From assembly GCA_040954595.2 (NCBI GenBank), contig CM082578.2, positions 8,851,519 through 8,915,518 on the forward strand: a DNA stretch of 64,000 bases, given 5' to 3'. Positions 14,501 through 29,200 of this stretch are shown in pieces. Both the position numbers and the translations under genes were made by a program. The notes beneath the pieces are model-generated. The model had not been told where the DNA came from, did no database searches, and saw only the letters and a program-made list of their open reading frames with translations. This stretch comes from Balanoglossus misakiensis (lineage: Eukaryota > Animalia > Hemichordata). Positions within the stretch are counted from its first letter, which is position 1. Every line of letters starts with the position of its first letter.

Positions 14501-17500
14501 GAGGCTGGGGCTAATCTCCAGCAAAGTCCTTCCACCCAGTACATGTATTGGGGACAATGTGAAAATGCCTTGGAAACTCATCATTTGTACACCTGTAATA
14601 GCTGGTTGTTATCAAAGAGCTGTTTTTATTGGTCACTTTGTCAGTTCACTCTTCAAACAGGTGTACACCGGGTGCATGATTGCTGTAACCAATGACAGGC
14701 TATACTATACTAAAAAGGAAAGCGAATTCATCACTACAACTCAGAAGTACAACTATAATAAACTTGTCACACTAACGCTGCCCTTGCTGGCTTTGAACCC
14801 ACCCACAATCAATAATTGGGTTTATGCAACACAGTGTGACAGTGGGAAAAATGACAACTGTTCCCACGGTTTTGCGCAGATCAAATCAATCTCTTTATAA
14901 ACACCCAGCATGAATCAAATGTCATGTAATAATAACTTCAACTACAAAACCTCACCAACACACTGTGCTTAATATAGATATGTACTTGTCCTCATTCTGA
15001 TGTTTCTAAGCTTTTCATGAGAATTTGGGTAAACGTTGAAACACTTCGCACAGTCAGAGATGACCAAACAGAAATTTTGAGTACTCTTGACACATCCCAT
15101 AATTTATATTTCAAAATGCAAATATTTTTTCACATCTGAATCAGACTGGTATTTAAGTATTTAAATATTAATGGCAAATGAATATCAAGAGTGCCAGTAC
15201 CAAAAATGCATAGTACACGATGTTTCAGATTATTATACACCAACTTCCATAACCGATGGTGTTCTACCTTAAAATACGTTGAAAACTACATGTACCAATA
15301 TGGCTCACATATGCAATGCTTACATACTGAGTGACTGAAATGTTCCATTTTTTTAATTGAGGCCAATCATTTGCATAATTGTGTAACACGTTTTAATATT
15401 CAGTCCTCATCATAGCGCTTAAAATTCAATGGTGGAAATTTACCAGAAAATGGCACAATAAGAAAATTATGGTGATGGTAAAAATACGGTCACATGTAGA
15501 CAAGCTCAATACACAAGCTTTTGGACTTGCGTACAGCTCATCCAATACATTGTGCACAGTGACCTCGTCCATACATGACCTTCTTTAGTGAATAACCCTA
15601 TAATACACACATATTGTATATAACACATCAAGTATTTATAGAATCCATCACACTAAAACCATTTATTTTGACACAAGTGCATCCCTGTGTACACAATGGA
15701 GATAGCAAATGTGTCAAGCATATGAATTTGGATCGTTTTACAGAAAAATTAATTTGTGGGAAGTTCTTCATTTGAAATATTACATGTCAATGTTTTAATA
15801 ATTGAAAAAATTTAAGTGACACATGAGTATACGTTGCAGGGCTGTACCAAAATCCATTTGATATTAATGGTCTATTTGCCTAGTATGGTTAAAAACCTTG
15901 AGATGAACATACAATTGTACATCATGACAGATTAACATTCATTGGCTATGACCTAGACCTCGGTTGCAGAATTTTCACAAACAGAATGGAATCTCCATGT
16001 CAAAAAAACAACGAAACATCTTCTTTGATTTTTTTGAAAATTTTCTATCCATACAAATGCAACAACAGCTCAACGCTTAAATCTGAGACTTAAAAAGCAT
16101 TATAATCAATTAATGAGAAACCGACAGATCTGTAATTTGCCAAATGAATACAATGCTACCAGTTGAAAGAACATATGTTCTAATACTTTTGATTTATTCA
16201 CTAATTAACCATTGTACAGAGTTATGTTTCAATTATCATGTTATTGAATCTTTAATCATCAAAACTTATAAGTGAATTAACCTGGGTAATCATACTGGGA
16301 TAATTAAGAAGGTTGTCCCCCCAAGTCCTTGCCTTTGTGGATATGCATGTGATGTCCCACAAGGTCAACTGAAGGTCAGGCAACACATAGTTGTGTTTTT
16401 TCATCCAGCCATGTATGTAATTTAGGCACCAGCAATCAGGTATTTAGATCAGAATTTATTACCTGTGTCGCCACTCTTAAAGAGGTTAGGCTGCACTTTG
16501 CTGATTACCGACAATTTACGCAGAGGGAAATCAGCGGTGGCAGGTACAGTAACTGCATGACACAGGGGAAACACCTTAAGCTCTTGACATCTCTATACGG
16601 ATTGACATAATCGATGCCAGATAGCAGACTATTTAGAGTATGATTAACCTCACATTTCGACCTCTTCACAGAAACATGCAAACACGTTATCAATCTGGGT
16701 GCAACCCACCCCCAGACGTCTGCATACCTCAGAGAGATAATACAAACATCCACAACTCAACAGTAAACACGAGAACACCGACAGAGTGAGGGGGAGGGGG
16801 GTGAAGGTAAATGGTTTGCAACAAACTCAAAGTTGGTGGCACATATGTCATTATATTGGTTTAGCAGGAACACTGATATTTATATCAGGTTTATTAACCA
16901 CACACTACTAAGTACTAGGTGGTTCAAACCTCAAAAATGAATTCTGAACTCTCTTGTTTTTCGACACATTTGTCAAAATACCACCAGGAACATATTAGTC
17001 TCATTTTATCCCACCCACTCACTCCCTCATTCACTCTACAGAGCCTGAGAGGTATCCATATATGACCAACAACAACAGCAGCAGGACAGTTAAAATGTTA
17101 AGTCCCAGCAGTGTTTACGTCAGCAAAAAGGCGACCGACAAAAAGGTTACCCCCTTGGTCAGCAGTTTGGTATGCCTTTCACTGGAGGTGCTTGGCAGAG
17201 GTTTAACCTTTGGCCTAAAAAAAATGGCCCCAGACAGAATAAACGGTCTAGGTGTGGCCGAGCATGCTTTCTACTTGAACGAATTCATTTTTCTTCTCTA
17301 AGTATAAACCCTAACTGGACTACACAACAACTATTAAAAAGGTTTCTTTTTCAAATACTTGAAGTTGTAAACAACTTGAACAGTGACACAGCATGCAAAG
17401 ACCAACTTTCATCACTTTTTGCCTGAGTCTATGCAAATTACTTTGCGGCCATTTTTTACAGTTGCATGCTGGGATAGGCTAGCTCCTAAATCTTCAAAGT

Positions 17501-20203
17501 CGGCCATGATTTCTTTCTTGAAGATAAATGATTCAAATTGTTTTCTTTCTTTTTCAGAAATTGTTTCCTTTTTTCAATTTCATAAAAATTCAAATGAAAT
17601 ATGATAGCAGATCCACTGCATATAGTGGACATATAACACAATGCCAGGTGAATTTACACCCCAATGAAATTTACGAAAATATTGGTTACATAAGCCAAAT
17701 ACGAGCAGAATATCAACAGTCATGTAAATTGATAGAGTTATGAAATCAATTTAATGTGGCGTGGATTGAAATGAAATAGTCATCATGTACCAAATCACTG
17801 GGTTATGTGTCATAACGTCAACATTCCAAACTGTTCAGAAATTTGAAAGTAGACACTCCATGTATGTACATACCGAGACTTGTGTGACCGAAATTAAACT
17901 CATGTGATAACTCACAAATATTCCACCCAACATTAGAGTGCCCGCTCCCTTTCTTCCAAACTTGACCTCAATTTTCTCACCAAACCGACAGCATGCAGTC
18001 AAGGCAACCCAGAAACATGCCTTGATCGGCTGTTAGTTCCTATTGCCCGTCTGTTACAAACCATATCTACATCACTTGTACTGTTAATTTAACTGAATAA
18101 ATGCTGCAGAGATGATGTTATTCTTTTCATCACTGATTGCTATATTTCAAACGATTATGATCATTGCAATCATTACAGGAAATCCTGATGGATAAACTCA
18201 GTGCTGAATGGTGTTATTCAGATATAAAAAATCATTTTCCTGTCAGAGGAACGGCAAAAACCATAGATTTGGACGTATCACAAGCGAAAGCAATAAATCT
18301 GTGTTTTTTTCAAAGACTGAACCACTGTACTGATTAGCATATCACTGGACTCCCGGTTCTTGCGTCAACTTCACTGGAATGCAGCAACAACAAAATACAG
18401 AATCGATTAAAATGAAGTTATGTCACACCGATAATTGTTGGCGTAAGCTGCAGTTCACCCCTGAAAATGGCCTGTCATCAGCTGCTTTGTAACAGCAAGT
18501 AGGCAGTGATGGTTGGATAACACTACCTATGAGGATCCTGCCAACTACATCTGTAGTCGTTGACCTGAGACCTACTCAGTGTTTTCTGTTATTTTTTTCA
18601 AAGACCACAAAACTAGCGCATTCCGTGCTTTACTGCAAGGCAGAGGTGCATTTCAGTCTAACGTAACCGTATGGTCACTCTCGAATGCCCGTAGTCCAAC
18701 TTACAAATATTTAAAGAATTTCAGTGGTATTTGATATTAGTTTAGGGAGAATGCTTGACACACAAGTCCTACATGCCTTGAGAATTAGAACCTTTACTAT
18801 ACCTGTGGTGGGCTTGTACTATTACATGTAACGGTCGATCAATAGGTGTTTTTGAGTTTGACCACCCAAAAAAAAGTATTTTTTTTTTTCCATAAACTCA
18901 ATGTGTCTACACTGGCATGATGTGCCTCAGAAGTTTTTTTCCCTTTTTTTTCTCAACACAATCTCTGGCATGTTCTCTCCGGAATTTCTGATACAGTATT
19001 GGCTGATTTACAATGACAATGCAATCACATGTTATGATAATGAGCTTCTATTGTTTTCCCCACATTTACTCTTCAACTGCTCTAGGGCGAACACCGCTGT
19101 CATGTCAGTTAGAAAAGGACGGATCGTCTGGCAGATAAACAAACAACCCCTGAAATGTGCCAGTTATTTCTTGGCAAAAAAATTTAATTGCATGTGGTTT
19201 CTTTTTAGTGGGGGAATGATAGTGTCTGCATTTCTGTTCAGTCATCCGCATTTTATACGGTGGCAGACTGACAGAAAGAGAGCAATAAAAAGTGCAAACA
19301 TATCCATCTATCAATCACCCACTCACTCACTCACCGAAAGCCCCAAAACAGAACCCCCAAACTGGCCTGCAACACCTGTTGGGTCAGTGACACCTATGTA
19401 CACCAGACTAGTGGGTTGCAACAGGCCATGGTTGACTAACGTTTACCACAGACAGCTGCTGGACATCCATATTTTTTGAGCAATCCTACATGTGTACCAG
19501 TATCACCACTTTTTGCATGCCAAGCAGACAACACCAGATTGGTGTCAAAGGTCAGAGGTTAATGACCCCTGTTCACCAGGTGCACTGAATGGGCAAAAGC
19601 TGGATATACATGCAGAGTGAGTTGTTCTGGATAACAGAAGTATCAGGTGGCTGTGTGCAGAGCTTTGAATGTGGGTCACATACCTTGAGTCACACTTATG
19701 TGCACTATATATATACAAACAACCAGTTTAAAACTTCCAAAAATCTGGATGATTTCATTTGTCCGTATAGGTTTGCACTATATTGAGATTCTGTGGTTAC
19801 ATGCAGATTTGGCATCAGTCTTTGTTGGAAATTACTACTTATTGTTCACATTTCTTTCTCTCTGGTTCCATTCTTAATTCTCAACCACGACTCAGTTTGC
19901 CCTTTTAACGACTTCTCCTTTGGACTACATTTCATTACCTCATAAACAGTTCAATTTACCTTGATCATTCAAGTTAATTACCTGCTTACTACCAACCACA
20001 TCATTCTTCACTAACTTCACTAAAAATGTGACAATTATGGCCATGAACGTTTGCACATTCACAACAGAGTCTGCAGTTACAGCTATCTGAATTCCTGACT
20101 GACATAACCCCATGCATCCATGATCGAGCCCCAACTTTTCTTCCGGTTCTGCCAACCGGCAAAAAGCAGACCTGACACAAGACTACTGACAACGCTGTGT
20201 TGA

Positions 20204-20296
20204 TTACCCCTTCCACTACTATGGATCAGTCCAAATCCATAGATTTCTATAGTACAGTTGGACCTCTATAGAGGGAATTGGGGGTGGAAGGGTTAA
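20204..20296. mobile_element. Degenerate copy of the TTAA piggyBac-like MITE
   Basis: ttaccccttccactactatgg...gagggaattgggggtggaagggttaa; same length and layout as 53223-53315. Confidence 0.6.
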
Positions 20297-23200
20297 AAGC
20301 ATTCACACATTTAAGTACGGCAACTCGTGACAAGTAGGGACAGAAAACTAAATCAGCTACGATTACCAGACAAGTGACCCAGACAACCGTATTGACAAAT
20401 AATACCCCATAGCACACAGGTACCTAGGTGTCAATCCCCCTCTAGAGATTTAGGTCATCCATCTTGAGACGCCCAAAAATTCAGCACACGGTTGTCAAGG
20501 ACTCTCGCCCGTCCACAGACAAAGGGGACACGGCGCATACCAGCACACACGAATACACTTATATTCCATTTGCGACATTCTTGTCTATTTTTGAATTGTC
20601 CAGAATTCAACATGAAATCGATAGGAACCAGGGTCAGAGGGCGGTTATGATTAAATCCCCGGGAATCCCAAGATGTACAGAGCAACACATTGGCACCTCA
20701 CTGGCATGTGTGCACTCCGCAATAATTCCACCAATCGATCGATGCTCTTTAAATGCTAGATTTCCACAAGCCAAGAGTCACAGTACAAAGAAGGGTAAAG
20801 GGGCAAAGTTCATCGATGAAATTACCAATTTTTTGAAAAATGACCCAACCTGGATGTGTCGGACACAGATGACCTCTGCAGAACATGAAAGAGCGACCTA
20901 GAGTTAGACATACCACTTCATATGAATCACACCAGCCACACACAAGGGATGACAGCTCTGCATTGACCAGTTGGTTATTTAAGTTCCAACTGGCTGAATC
21001 AGATGCATATTTCGCCACTATTTAATCATTTTCTGTTTGTAATGTTACGATAAGGTCACTGCTGGTGCCCAATATGAAAATGGTTCCATCAGAAATTTGC
21101 CTTTGAGCCAATTTTTCAGAAACAGCATTTGCTTATCAATCATGCTTTTTTTCCCGAAGATACAGAATAGTTCTAATTTATCACTGCAGACACGAGTCAT
21201 GGGGCATGAATTTGCTCGAGTGTGAATTCAGAAAGATAAATCAAAAGTAACTAGCTAACTAATATCTGGGGAGCCCGCAGACAACATTCGAATAGGTGCA
21301 TGGTGACAGGTAACCCCACAGTATTCAGCACAGAAATAATAACGAATACATATCATGGAAAACACATGTATGCAAAAAGAGCATGGGGGATGGGGTTTAA
21401 AAGTTTTGGAAACACTGCAAAATCTTGACATTTTTAAGACTTTATTTTTTTCTGAATCAACATTCTAAGATCATCATTCAAGGTTGGTGAAAGGCTTGTT
21501 TTCATGTTATAACTTCTGACTCCAAAGGGCAGTGTGCATTCTTTAAATAACTATGTGTATTAAAAACATGAATCATCAGAACAGCAGAGCACAGATGTAT
21601 GGCCCAAATAATACCTCCTCATTTTTTTTCTCCCCAACTGTAATTTGCTGTCAAGTTTTCTCGCCAAGATTAATGCTGATGATACAATGAAACGTCGAAA
21701 CTATAGCACAGCCTTCGGAACGCCGATCTATATTAATTTAACAGACGCGTCAAATTACAAAATGGTGGATGAGGCTGGTTTTGTGCTATATCGATGAGCT
21801 GTTCTGGGGCAGTTTTTCTTGACATGTACAATGTACATGCTGGCCGTAGTGAGCAGCAGGATTTCTCATATTAACACACTTTCTCAATCTTATCAAAATG
21901 ATTTTCGTAACTTTGCTACAGACAGCTTGGAATGCAACACCCATAGCCATCCGTTTATGGGGATAAATGTCAGCCGTATATATAAAAGCACGCAGAACGA
22001 GAAGGCCCGTCCATTTGCGGAATCTGCCCATTGGACGGTGCAAACTGATCCGGGAGAATGTAGGCAATTCCAAGACTTCGCCCAGGAATGCCGACCGCAG
22101 CCTCCAAATACGACTGTCCCGATGACATCCCATCTTCATCGCCTCGGAAACAAAACCCGCAAACAGGCTTGAATTTGATCACAGTGTCACACGATATCAT
22201 ATAATTTACGAACCCTGATATCAAAATCTTCTCTAAAAACAGTGGGAATTATCGGGATGCCGCATTCTCTCGCCGGCCAGAAATGACAATGTCACGTCAC
22301 TGTGCGTGTTGAAAAAACACAGCAGCGTGGAATGTAGGCGATGGTCTCATGATGACAGAAAAGTCAAATTGTTTGTAGATGGTGTTGAACAGTTATTATA
22401 GTGAAACAAAGGAAGACAAACTTTACTTGTCGGCTTTGTACTTTCTGCACATAATCTGCCTATCTCCTTACATGGTACAAAATGGCAAAAATCCCCCTAG
22501 AGTTTCCAGCTGGGCTAGGGTACGACTAAATCAAGCGTGGAAAACACTCAACAGTTCAAATCGGGGCAGACATTTTTCTTTTCTCTTCTGAATTTGATAT
22601 CTTTGGCCACATCCTCACATCTACAGCATTTTCCAATGATGTGGGTTATCATTTGCCACATTGTAATTACACCCGAAGATTATCTTAGTCATATCTGCTC
22701 ACTCTTCTTACATGTGTGCTTCTCAGAATGCATACATGCACATCTGTCATTTGTGTTACATACGATGCTGACGACTGAACAAATTTTAAGCTCACATTAT
22801 TATCGCTGACTGTAAAATCAATCCTGAATCTGTGAATCCTCTATGGTTCATCATGACAACTTTATACTAGCGTGGACTTCAGCTCTGAATTCCGCTGCCT
22901 TCTCCGATAACTTGGCAAACAATCAACAATCTTCCGCAGCAATGATACATTTTATGGGATAGGCTTTTAATACACATACCATGATGCTAATTTCTGCCCA
23001 GTGGGAAAAAATACACACACCAAAACTACCACACGGGAAAAGTCAGATTTACATTAAATGTACCAGTCCACAAGTGATGTACCACCAGTGATGTTGCAGT
23101 ATATTATAACCACCAGAACGAATTTCAAAGTACCCGTACTACCATTTAACATTTCTACACTGCTTTCATATGGAAAGTTTGATGTTGAATTTCACTTTAT

Positions 23201-26200
23201 CCACCGAAATTATGCTCTTCAACCAGTTGAACTGAAGGGGAGTGGGGAGAACGCTGATCATGTATTGGGTCGGAGTTGGGTCGTGTTTGTAATCACTTCC
23301 AAGAAACTACCAGGATCACTGAATTCTTCATTGGTATAACATTTAATGTGAACAAAAACAAAATGTCAGTATTTTCCCTTTTCTGATTTGATCATGGGAA
23401 AGTTATTTTCAAGGAAGGTGGGTGTGGCCTCCCAAGTGGCCTACACTGGCGGCTATGAATGCTGGGAAGTCAAGAGATTATGTCCCTGGTGTGGCTCTAG
23501 GACACTGGTTGTCTGCTGATCCATTCAGTACGACTTTCTCTCGGCCGACCTGTGGTAGAAGCGCCAAACAGTGCGAAAATACACCCCGCAGCAAAACAAC
23601 AAAAGACGCAATCTTCTGAGGTCTGCACAAAAGATGCAAACACAATCAAGTTTTTTTTATGAACGGAATAAAATGGCTGTTGTGTTGTTGTGTTAAGTGC
23701 CAAGTCACCCTCTTTTATTTATTTGTACTGCTTTGACCATCAAATGGTCCATTCACACAAATCCTGTGTACTACCACACTGTGTAAGTTAGAGGTTAGGA
23801 ATTATAACTTTCTTTCAACAAAAACAGCTTAAACCATCATTCTAAATCGGCCAGTAAGTTGCACTGTACACCAAAGCTTTCCAATTTACAACGGCCCGTT
23901 TGATTTTGATTTTCTGAAAAATTATGATCGTCACATCATCTGATTGTCATGCATTATTAATAAGAAAATGAAATTAAACTTGTCTACACCTGACACGATC
24001 CAGCAGTGTATGTGATCAGACTTGTTGGAATGCAAAACATGCAAAATGCTTCACAATAGATAAATGTACTGCCGCCTGCCGGATCATATCATACGCAGTG
24101 TGGACAATGATTATGATAATTACGCATCAAAAAATGGGATACAAAAAATTATGGGTATGAAAAAAAAATCCTTTGAATCTCCACACTAAAATGTGAGAGA
24201 ATACAGTACTTATGAGAAATAATTACCAATATGGTATTCAATGGTTTATTTTACAGGAAAGGCAAGAATAGATCATTGTTGCTATGGAGTAACACTAGAC
24301 TGGCAGCCATTTTGGAATTCCTAATGCTTTCCCAGCTTCATCATTTACTGAAACAGAATGCCAATAATACATGTACCTGGAAGGTTACAGATACATGTAA
24401 CATGCATCAAGTAATTTCAACACTGATGCAGTGATATTAAGCGTGAGAGCTTGGCAAATCAGCATTTTCAAAATACATCTAATGACTTTTGAAAGGAGAT
24501 GTTGTTCTGTTTCAGCAAAATGCTAGAAGGGGAGTTCATGCAACCGTGCAAACCTATTTGTTCTGAACCAGCTGCTGCAATAAATATTCAACTTTTAAGT
24601 CTGGAAGCCCTGACCCCAGAACGAATGCTTCTGTGAACTATGACCTGTGTGTGTGAGATGTGAACTCTGACCTTTGAGAACAGTGGTACAGATAGAATTC
24701 CTTGTGATTTATTACAAAAACCACATTTCTGTCCTCTAATAGGCCACTTATTGAAATAAAATACATCATTTTGAAGATGCAAAAAACCAACAACTTGAAA
24801 AGGCAACAGAAGTTCACATAGTGAGTGAGCTTTTAGTGCAAACGCATCAAATTGTGTTTGTTTGAATCCAAGTTTTCCTGAAAGTGAAAGCCCTTCAGCA
24901 GACAGACACCAGATGTTTTTTATCTTTCTATTACAATAAATCTGCATCAAGCCTATTTTGTTTCCTCTTTTGTTATATGCAGAACTGAAGTCTGTAATTA
25001 TAAATGTCCGTTTTTGGTATTAGCCGGGGTTTATGATTAATGCTTGTGTGAAATTTGTTAATGTTTTGAAGAATAATCATTTTTGGCCAATTTTGATTTA
25101 TCCAATGTTATTGCAAATCTGTGCATTTCATCCGTTTATAAGACTCTGAAGTTTTCATGCTAGCAGACGACATCAGTTGCCATGTTGACAGTGATCCCTG
25201 GATGACCTTTGACCCACAGTATATGGCACACAGACAGTGCTTCATTCATTCTGCCATGTCTCGAGACAACCTATTCAAGGATCTTTTGAAGCGTGAAGTT
25301 AAATTCAACATCCAAGTCACACATTCCTTGTCACGATGTAGCGTGTGGTGTCACTGCATTTTTTTCAACAGCCGACACTGAAAAACGAAATCTGTACAAA
25401 CAAAATTTTGTTCCGTGCACATCTATATCAGGACAAGTGGGCAATTGTTCGGCTTTGACAAACACTTTTCATGAGCTCTGCTGCTTCTTTCTAGTCCATT
25501 TACAGACCAGGAATTCTATTTTGAATCATAATAGACAGAAAACCTGCCCCCAAGCCACCAGGGAACAAGGTGTTTTTTTCACCGACATAACCCCTAACAT
25601 TTCAGTAAAATTAAATGTATATATACACAACAAAAGTAACTTAGGTATATGATTGGTCAACTCTTTAAAAAAGAAATTGCTGATATATTCCAATTGATCT
25701 CTTTAAACATCTCAGCCAGGAATGTTGATGGCTGGGAGGGGCTGGTACCCGTTTTCAGGTCAACAAAGAACTAAGAAACAATGTGCAAATATACACGTAA
25801 TAAATGTTATGAAAATTTGTGAACTGAAATTTTGTCAGGTAACTATTAGGCACTGTTCCAATATGACCACCATCATTCCTCCACGATTTATGGTTTCCCT
25901 GAGACCTGTCGCATGATTCATGATGAGTGATTGTGTCATTTCAAGGCTTAAATCAAACAATCAAAAAACAATAATCTTTCTTGTAATAGTTAATAACAGG
26001 CTGTGAAGTATGTGATATTATTTACTAAACTATAAAGCCTGATATGGATTAATGTCTCAGATTTTATTACAGAGTCGGACTACCAGGAACTATAGTTCCC
26101 ACAGGACGGGCTGGGCTGATGCCCCAAAAAGCTATCCACACCTGCAATAGTCAATATCCAAAGTCAGACAAAACACACACAGACAATAAACAGATACACA

Positions 26201-29200
26201 CAGTATGTGTCTAGTCTGGGCTTTGGAATTTCCCTGTGTGTCCAAATGAGGGTGTGTCCACAGCTATGTGCAACTGTTGGCAGTTTCCAAGTGGAGGGAA
26301 CTGTCTTTTTTGTTATCTGTGAAACAGGTACTTCCTGTTCTTATGACAGAATAGACATTACTGTAAACAACAGGTTCAAAAGTTGCTGGGGCTTTGATGG
26401 CATTCTTATCACGTCTGCACTTGAACTACACCATGGGAATGGAGGGTGGCCTTTACATCACTGTGGACACAGACTGTTCAAATATTTATAAATGTATGTT
26501 CAAATGCTGTTTGCAAAGTGGGTCTAACAGCTAAGGTTTTATAGACTGACCATCAGAGTACTTTATGGTTGCTTAGGCCAATTCCTCTAATTGCTCAACT
26601 TATTGTTTTACAAATAGCCGGGGATGGGGGGGGAGCCTAACTGACTAAACCTTGACAAATCACACAGAAAACCAGTCAGGGTATTTTCAGTTGTGGGTGC
26701 TTATGTCAATCAATAACCAATCACCTCTGTTTGTGATTGAACCCTCTGCTCTCTAAAACCTGTAGAAATCAATCTGATTCCCCTGAAATAGCAATAACTT
26801 TTTAATGTCATCAGGTCTCTTCACCATCTGTCTATACTCGTCCCAAAGTCATATTCTCACAGTTCCTGGTTAGGTGAAGTCTCCATCATTGGATAGGTAT
26901 TTTTGTGTGTGTGATGCAATGTAGATGCATGTGCATATAATGGGAACAATGTTTGGAAACAGACCCAACATCTACCTGTGAATGACATTGCTATAATTCT
27001 GCCCCAAAATGGTCAGACAAAATCAAACGGCTTCTGTTCACACGCTTGACTGAACTGCACTCAAACGATATTCATGAGTAGTCATGCGTCACACTACAAG
27101 ACCGGCACTGTGGCGCAGCTATACTGAACATTGGATGTGCAGTCCTCACTGGGAGTTTCATAGATTGAAAAGAAAACTGACAGGCTTGGCTCGACCAACC
27201 CAGTCTGTCACACCCTTCAAACAATGATGTCAGGACTTTCTCTTGTCTTCGCAAATACACATGTACATGTACATCACAAATACCAGATTTCTTGCAAACT
27301 TGGATGTCAACATGTCACACACGGATAATTCTTATTTGTTTTGATCTGCCCAAACAATAAACCAGTGACCATTAGAACACATCCAAAACCGCTGAACCGC
27401 AGAAATTGCGACCGACATGCCTTCACGTGTACAACTTGCAATACCGGCCGAAACCCGATTTGCCAATCACCACGCTGTTTTCATAACTTTGAAGTCCGAT
27501 TAAAGGTGTGAAATTCTGCCCTCTTAGAACCATCTTGAAAATTTTTGCCTTATATGGAGACGTAGCCAACAGATCGTTGACATAAACCCGAAAGTCAGGA
27601 TTTGTTGAAGGTCGGTCTACGGGGTGAGCACATCAGCGTGTGGCCCATAACGCATTAAACTGGATATCCTTGGATGAAATTTTAGTCCCCTGTATGTGCA
27701 GTCAATATGCATTCACCCCGTCCGTGATTTATTTCAGGGCTTTTACAAAAAGCCCCCATAAGTCTGGCAGTTTGAACCCTTACACACTGAGCCCCAAATA
27801 TGTTAATCCAATCTCGGTACACGACTGTCGCAAAAAAAAACACTTGGCTTCCGGTGTCGGATTCGGCAACTGTAGCCAAGGTGTCAAAATTAACGACTCC
27901 AGGAATTCCCATGCATCAGTCGTACGTCTGTAGGTAGCAACAGTGTTAGGGTGTCGCAGCTTTTTAAATACAGATCTGCATGACCTTCACGTCCCCTTCA
28001 CTCAGGCTACATGTACCGCAACATTATTGATGGGTTAGAGTGGGCAACGGATTGGGGGAAATCACAAAGCCACCTACAGACGCACTCGAGCTGACACACT
28101 ACCACGCCATTTTTAAAGAGACATGTGACAGATTTCATATTTGCCTTTGCTAGAGCCAACCGGGGAACGGTATTTTTGAGTGTATAAAAAGAGTCAAGAT
28201 TGCTCATGTTTTGACGAAACTTAACAGGAAGGGTAAGACCATAATCTCCAAACCAGCCATTCTTGCCTACGGTTCCAAATATTTTGAATTGTTGGTATCT
28301 GAATTTCCGCCCCGTGGGATTATGTCATATCACAAACTCGTCACCGGGAAAATCAAATCCTGTGTTTCGCCACGCTACACCCACCCCCACATTCAGTACA
28401 TGTTCATGAAAGCAGAGCTTAATAAAGAATGCCCCATAAGCATGCATTCCAGTTTCCCCCCAACCCAAGTGGAGCCCCTTAGGTCAGCCATCAGGATTCT
28501 AAATTCACAAATAAACCTAAGAGTTTAAAATTACCTTTTAAAGTTATTTCTGATATTAAAAAAGGAGTGAAACATTCCAAACTGCAATGGCAAGTTACAA
28601 CTGATGACCGAACACTTCAGTAAAAGTTCTGGCCAAGCCCTTTTCTACAGCGACAGAAAAAAATGGCAGTCCTTAATAAATACCATTTCCAACCAGCTCT
28701 AGGTTCACTGAACTAGAGTAAGTAGATGCAGCATCGAGCCAAAAGGTTAGGTCTATCTGAGTAATAGGCTGCAACTCGATCTCCCAGACATCAATAAAAA
28801 AAAAAGACAAAGTGATCCCTGGTTACTCTGCTCTTATACACACCCACATGAACCAAAGGGGAAAATATTACAGGTCAAACGCCAGACCATAAAGAAATAT
28901 TATATGTGTTCAAGTAAAGGTTGCCCTGCCCAAAGGATGCTGGCTGCCCTCTGTGTGAGGGTAACTCCGCCTCTCCATTTCAAGGAGTGTTTATACAGTC
29001 AGTGTCCTTGGTGACTTTTTAAAACGTCTCATTGCAAAGTCCCCCCCCCCCTCAGACAATGCCCCATGAAAATTATGGTCAGGGTTGTCCATATTTTAAG
29101 TGAAAGCGGCTTAGCTCTAAGCCCCACTCAGATGTCTACACTACTTAGGAAGGGAGCCAACAGAGCAGATTAACCTGCAGTGGGGATTTTTTTTGTCCCC

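Noticed and set aside
14177-14900. Overlapping 135 and 161 aa ORFs
   Set aside because: No domain similarity and no coherent splice structure.
18901-19479. 192-aa plus-strand ORF in filamin intron 1
   Set aside because: Low-complexity F/L-rich composition with T-runs and no recognisable domain; likely chance.
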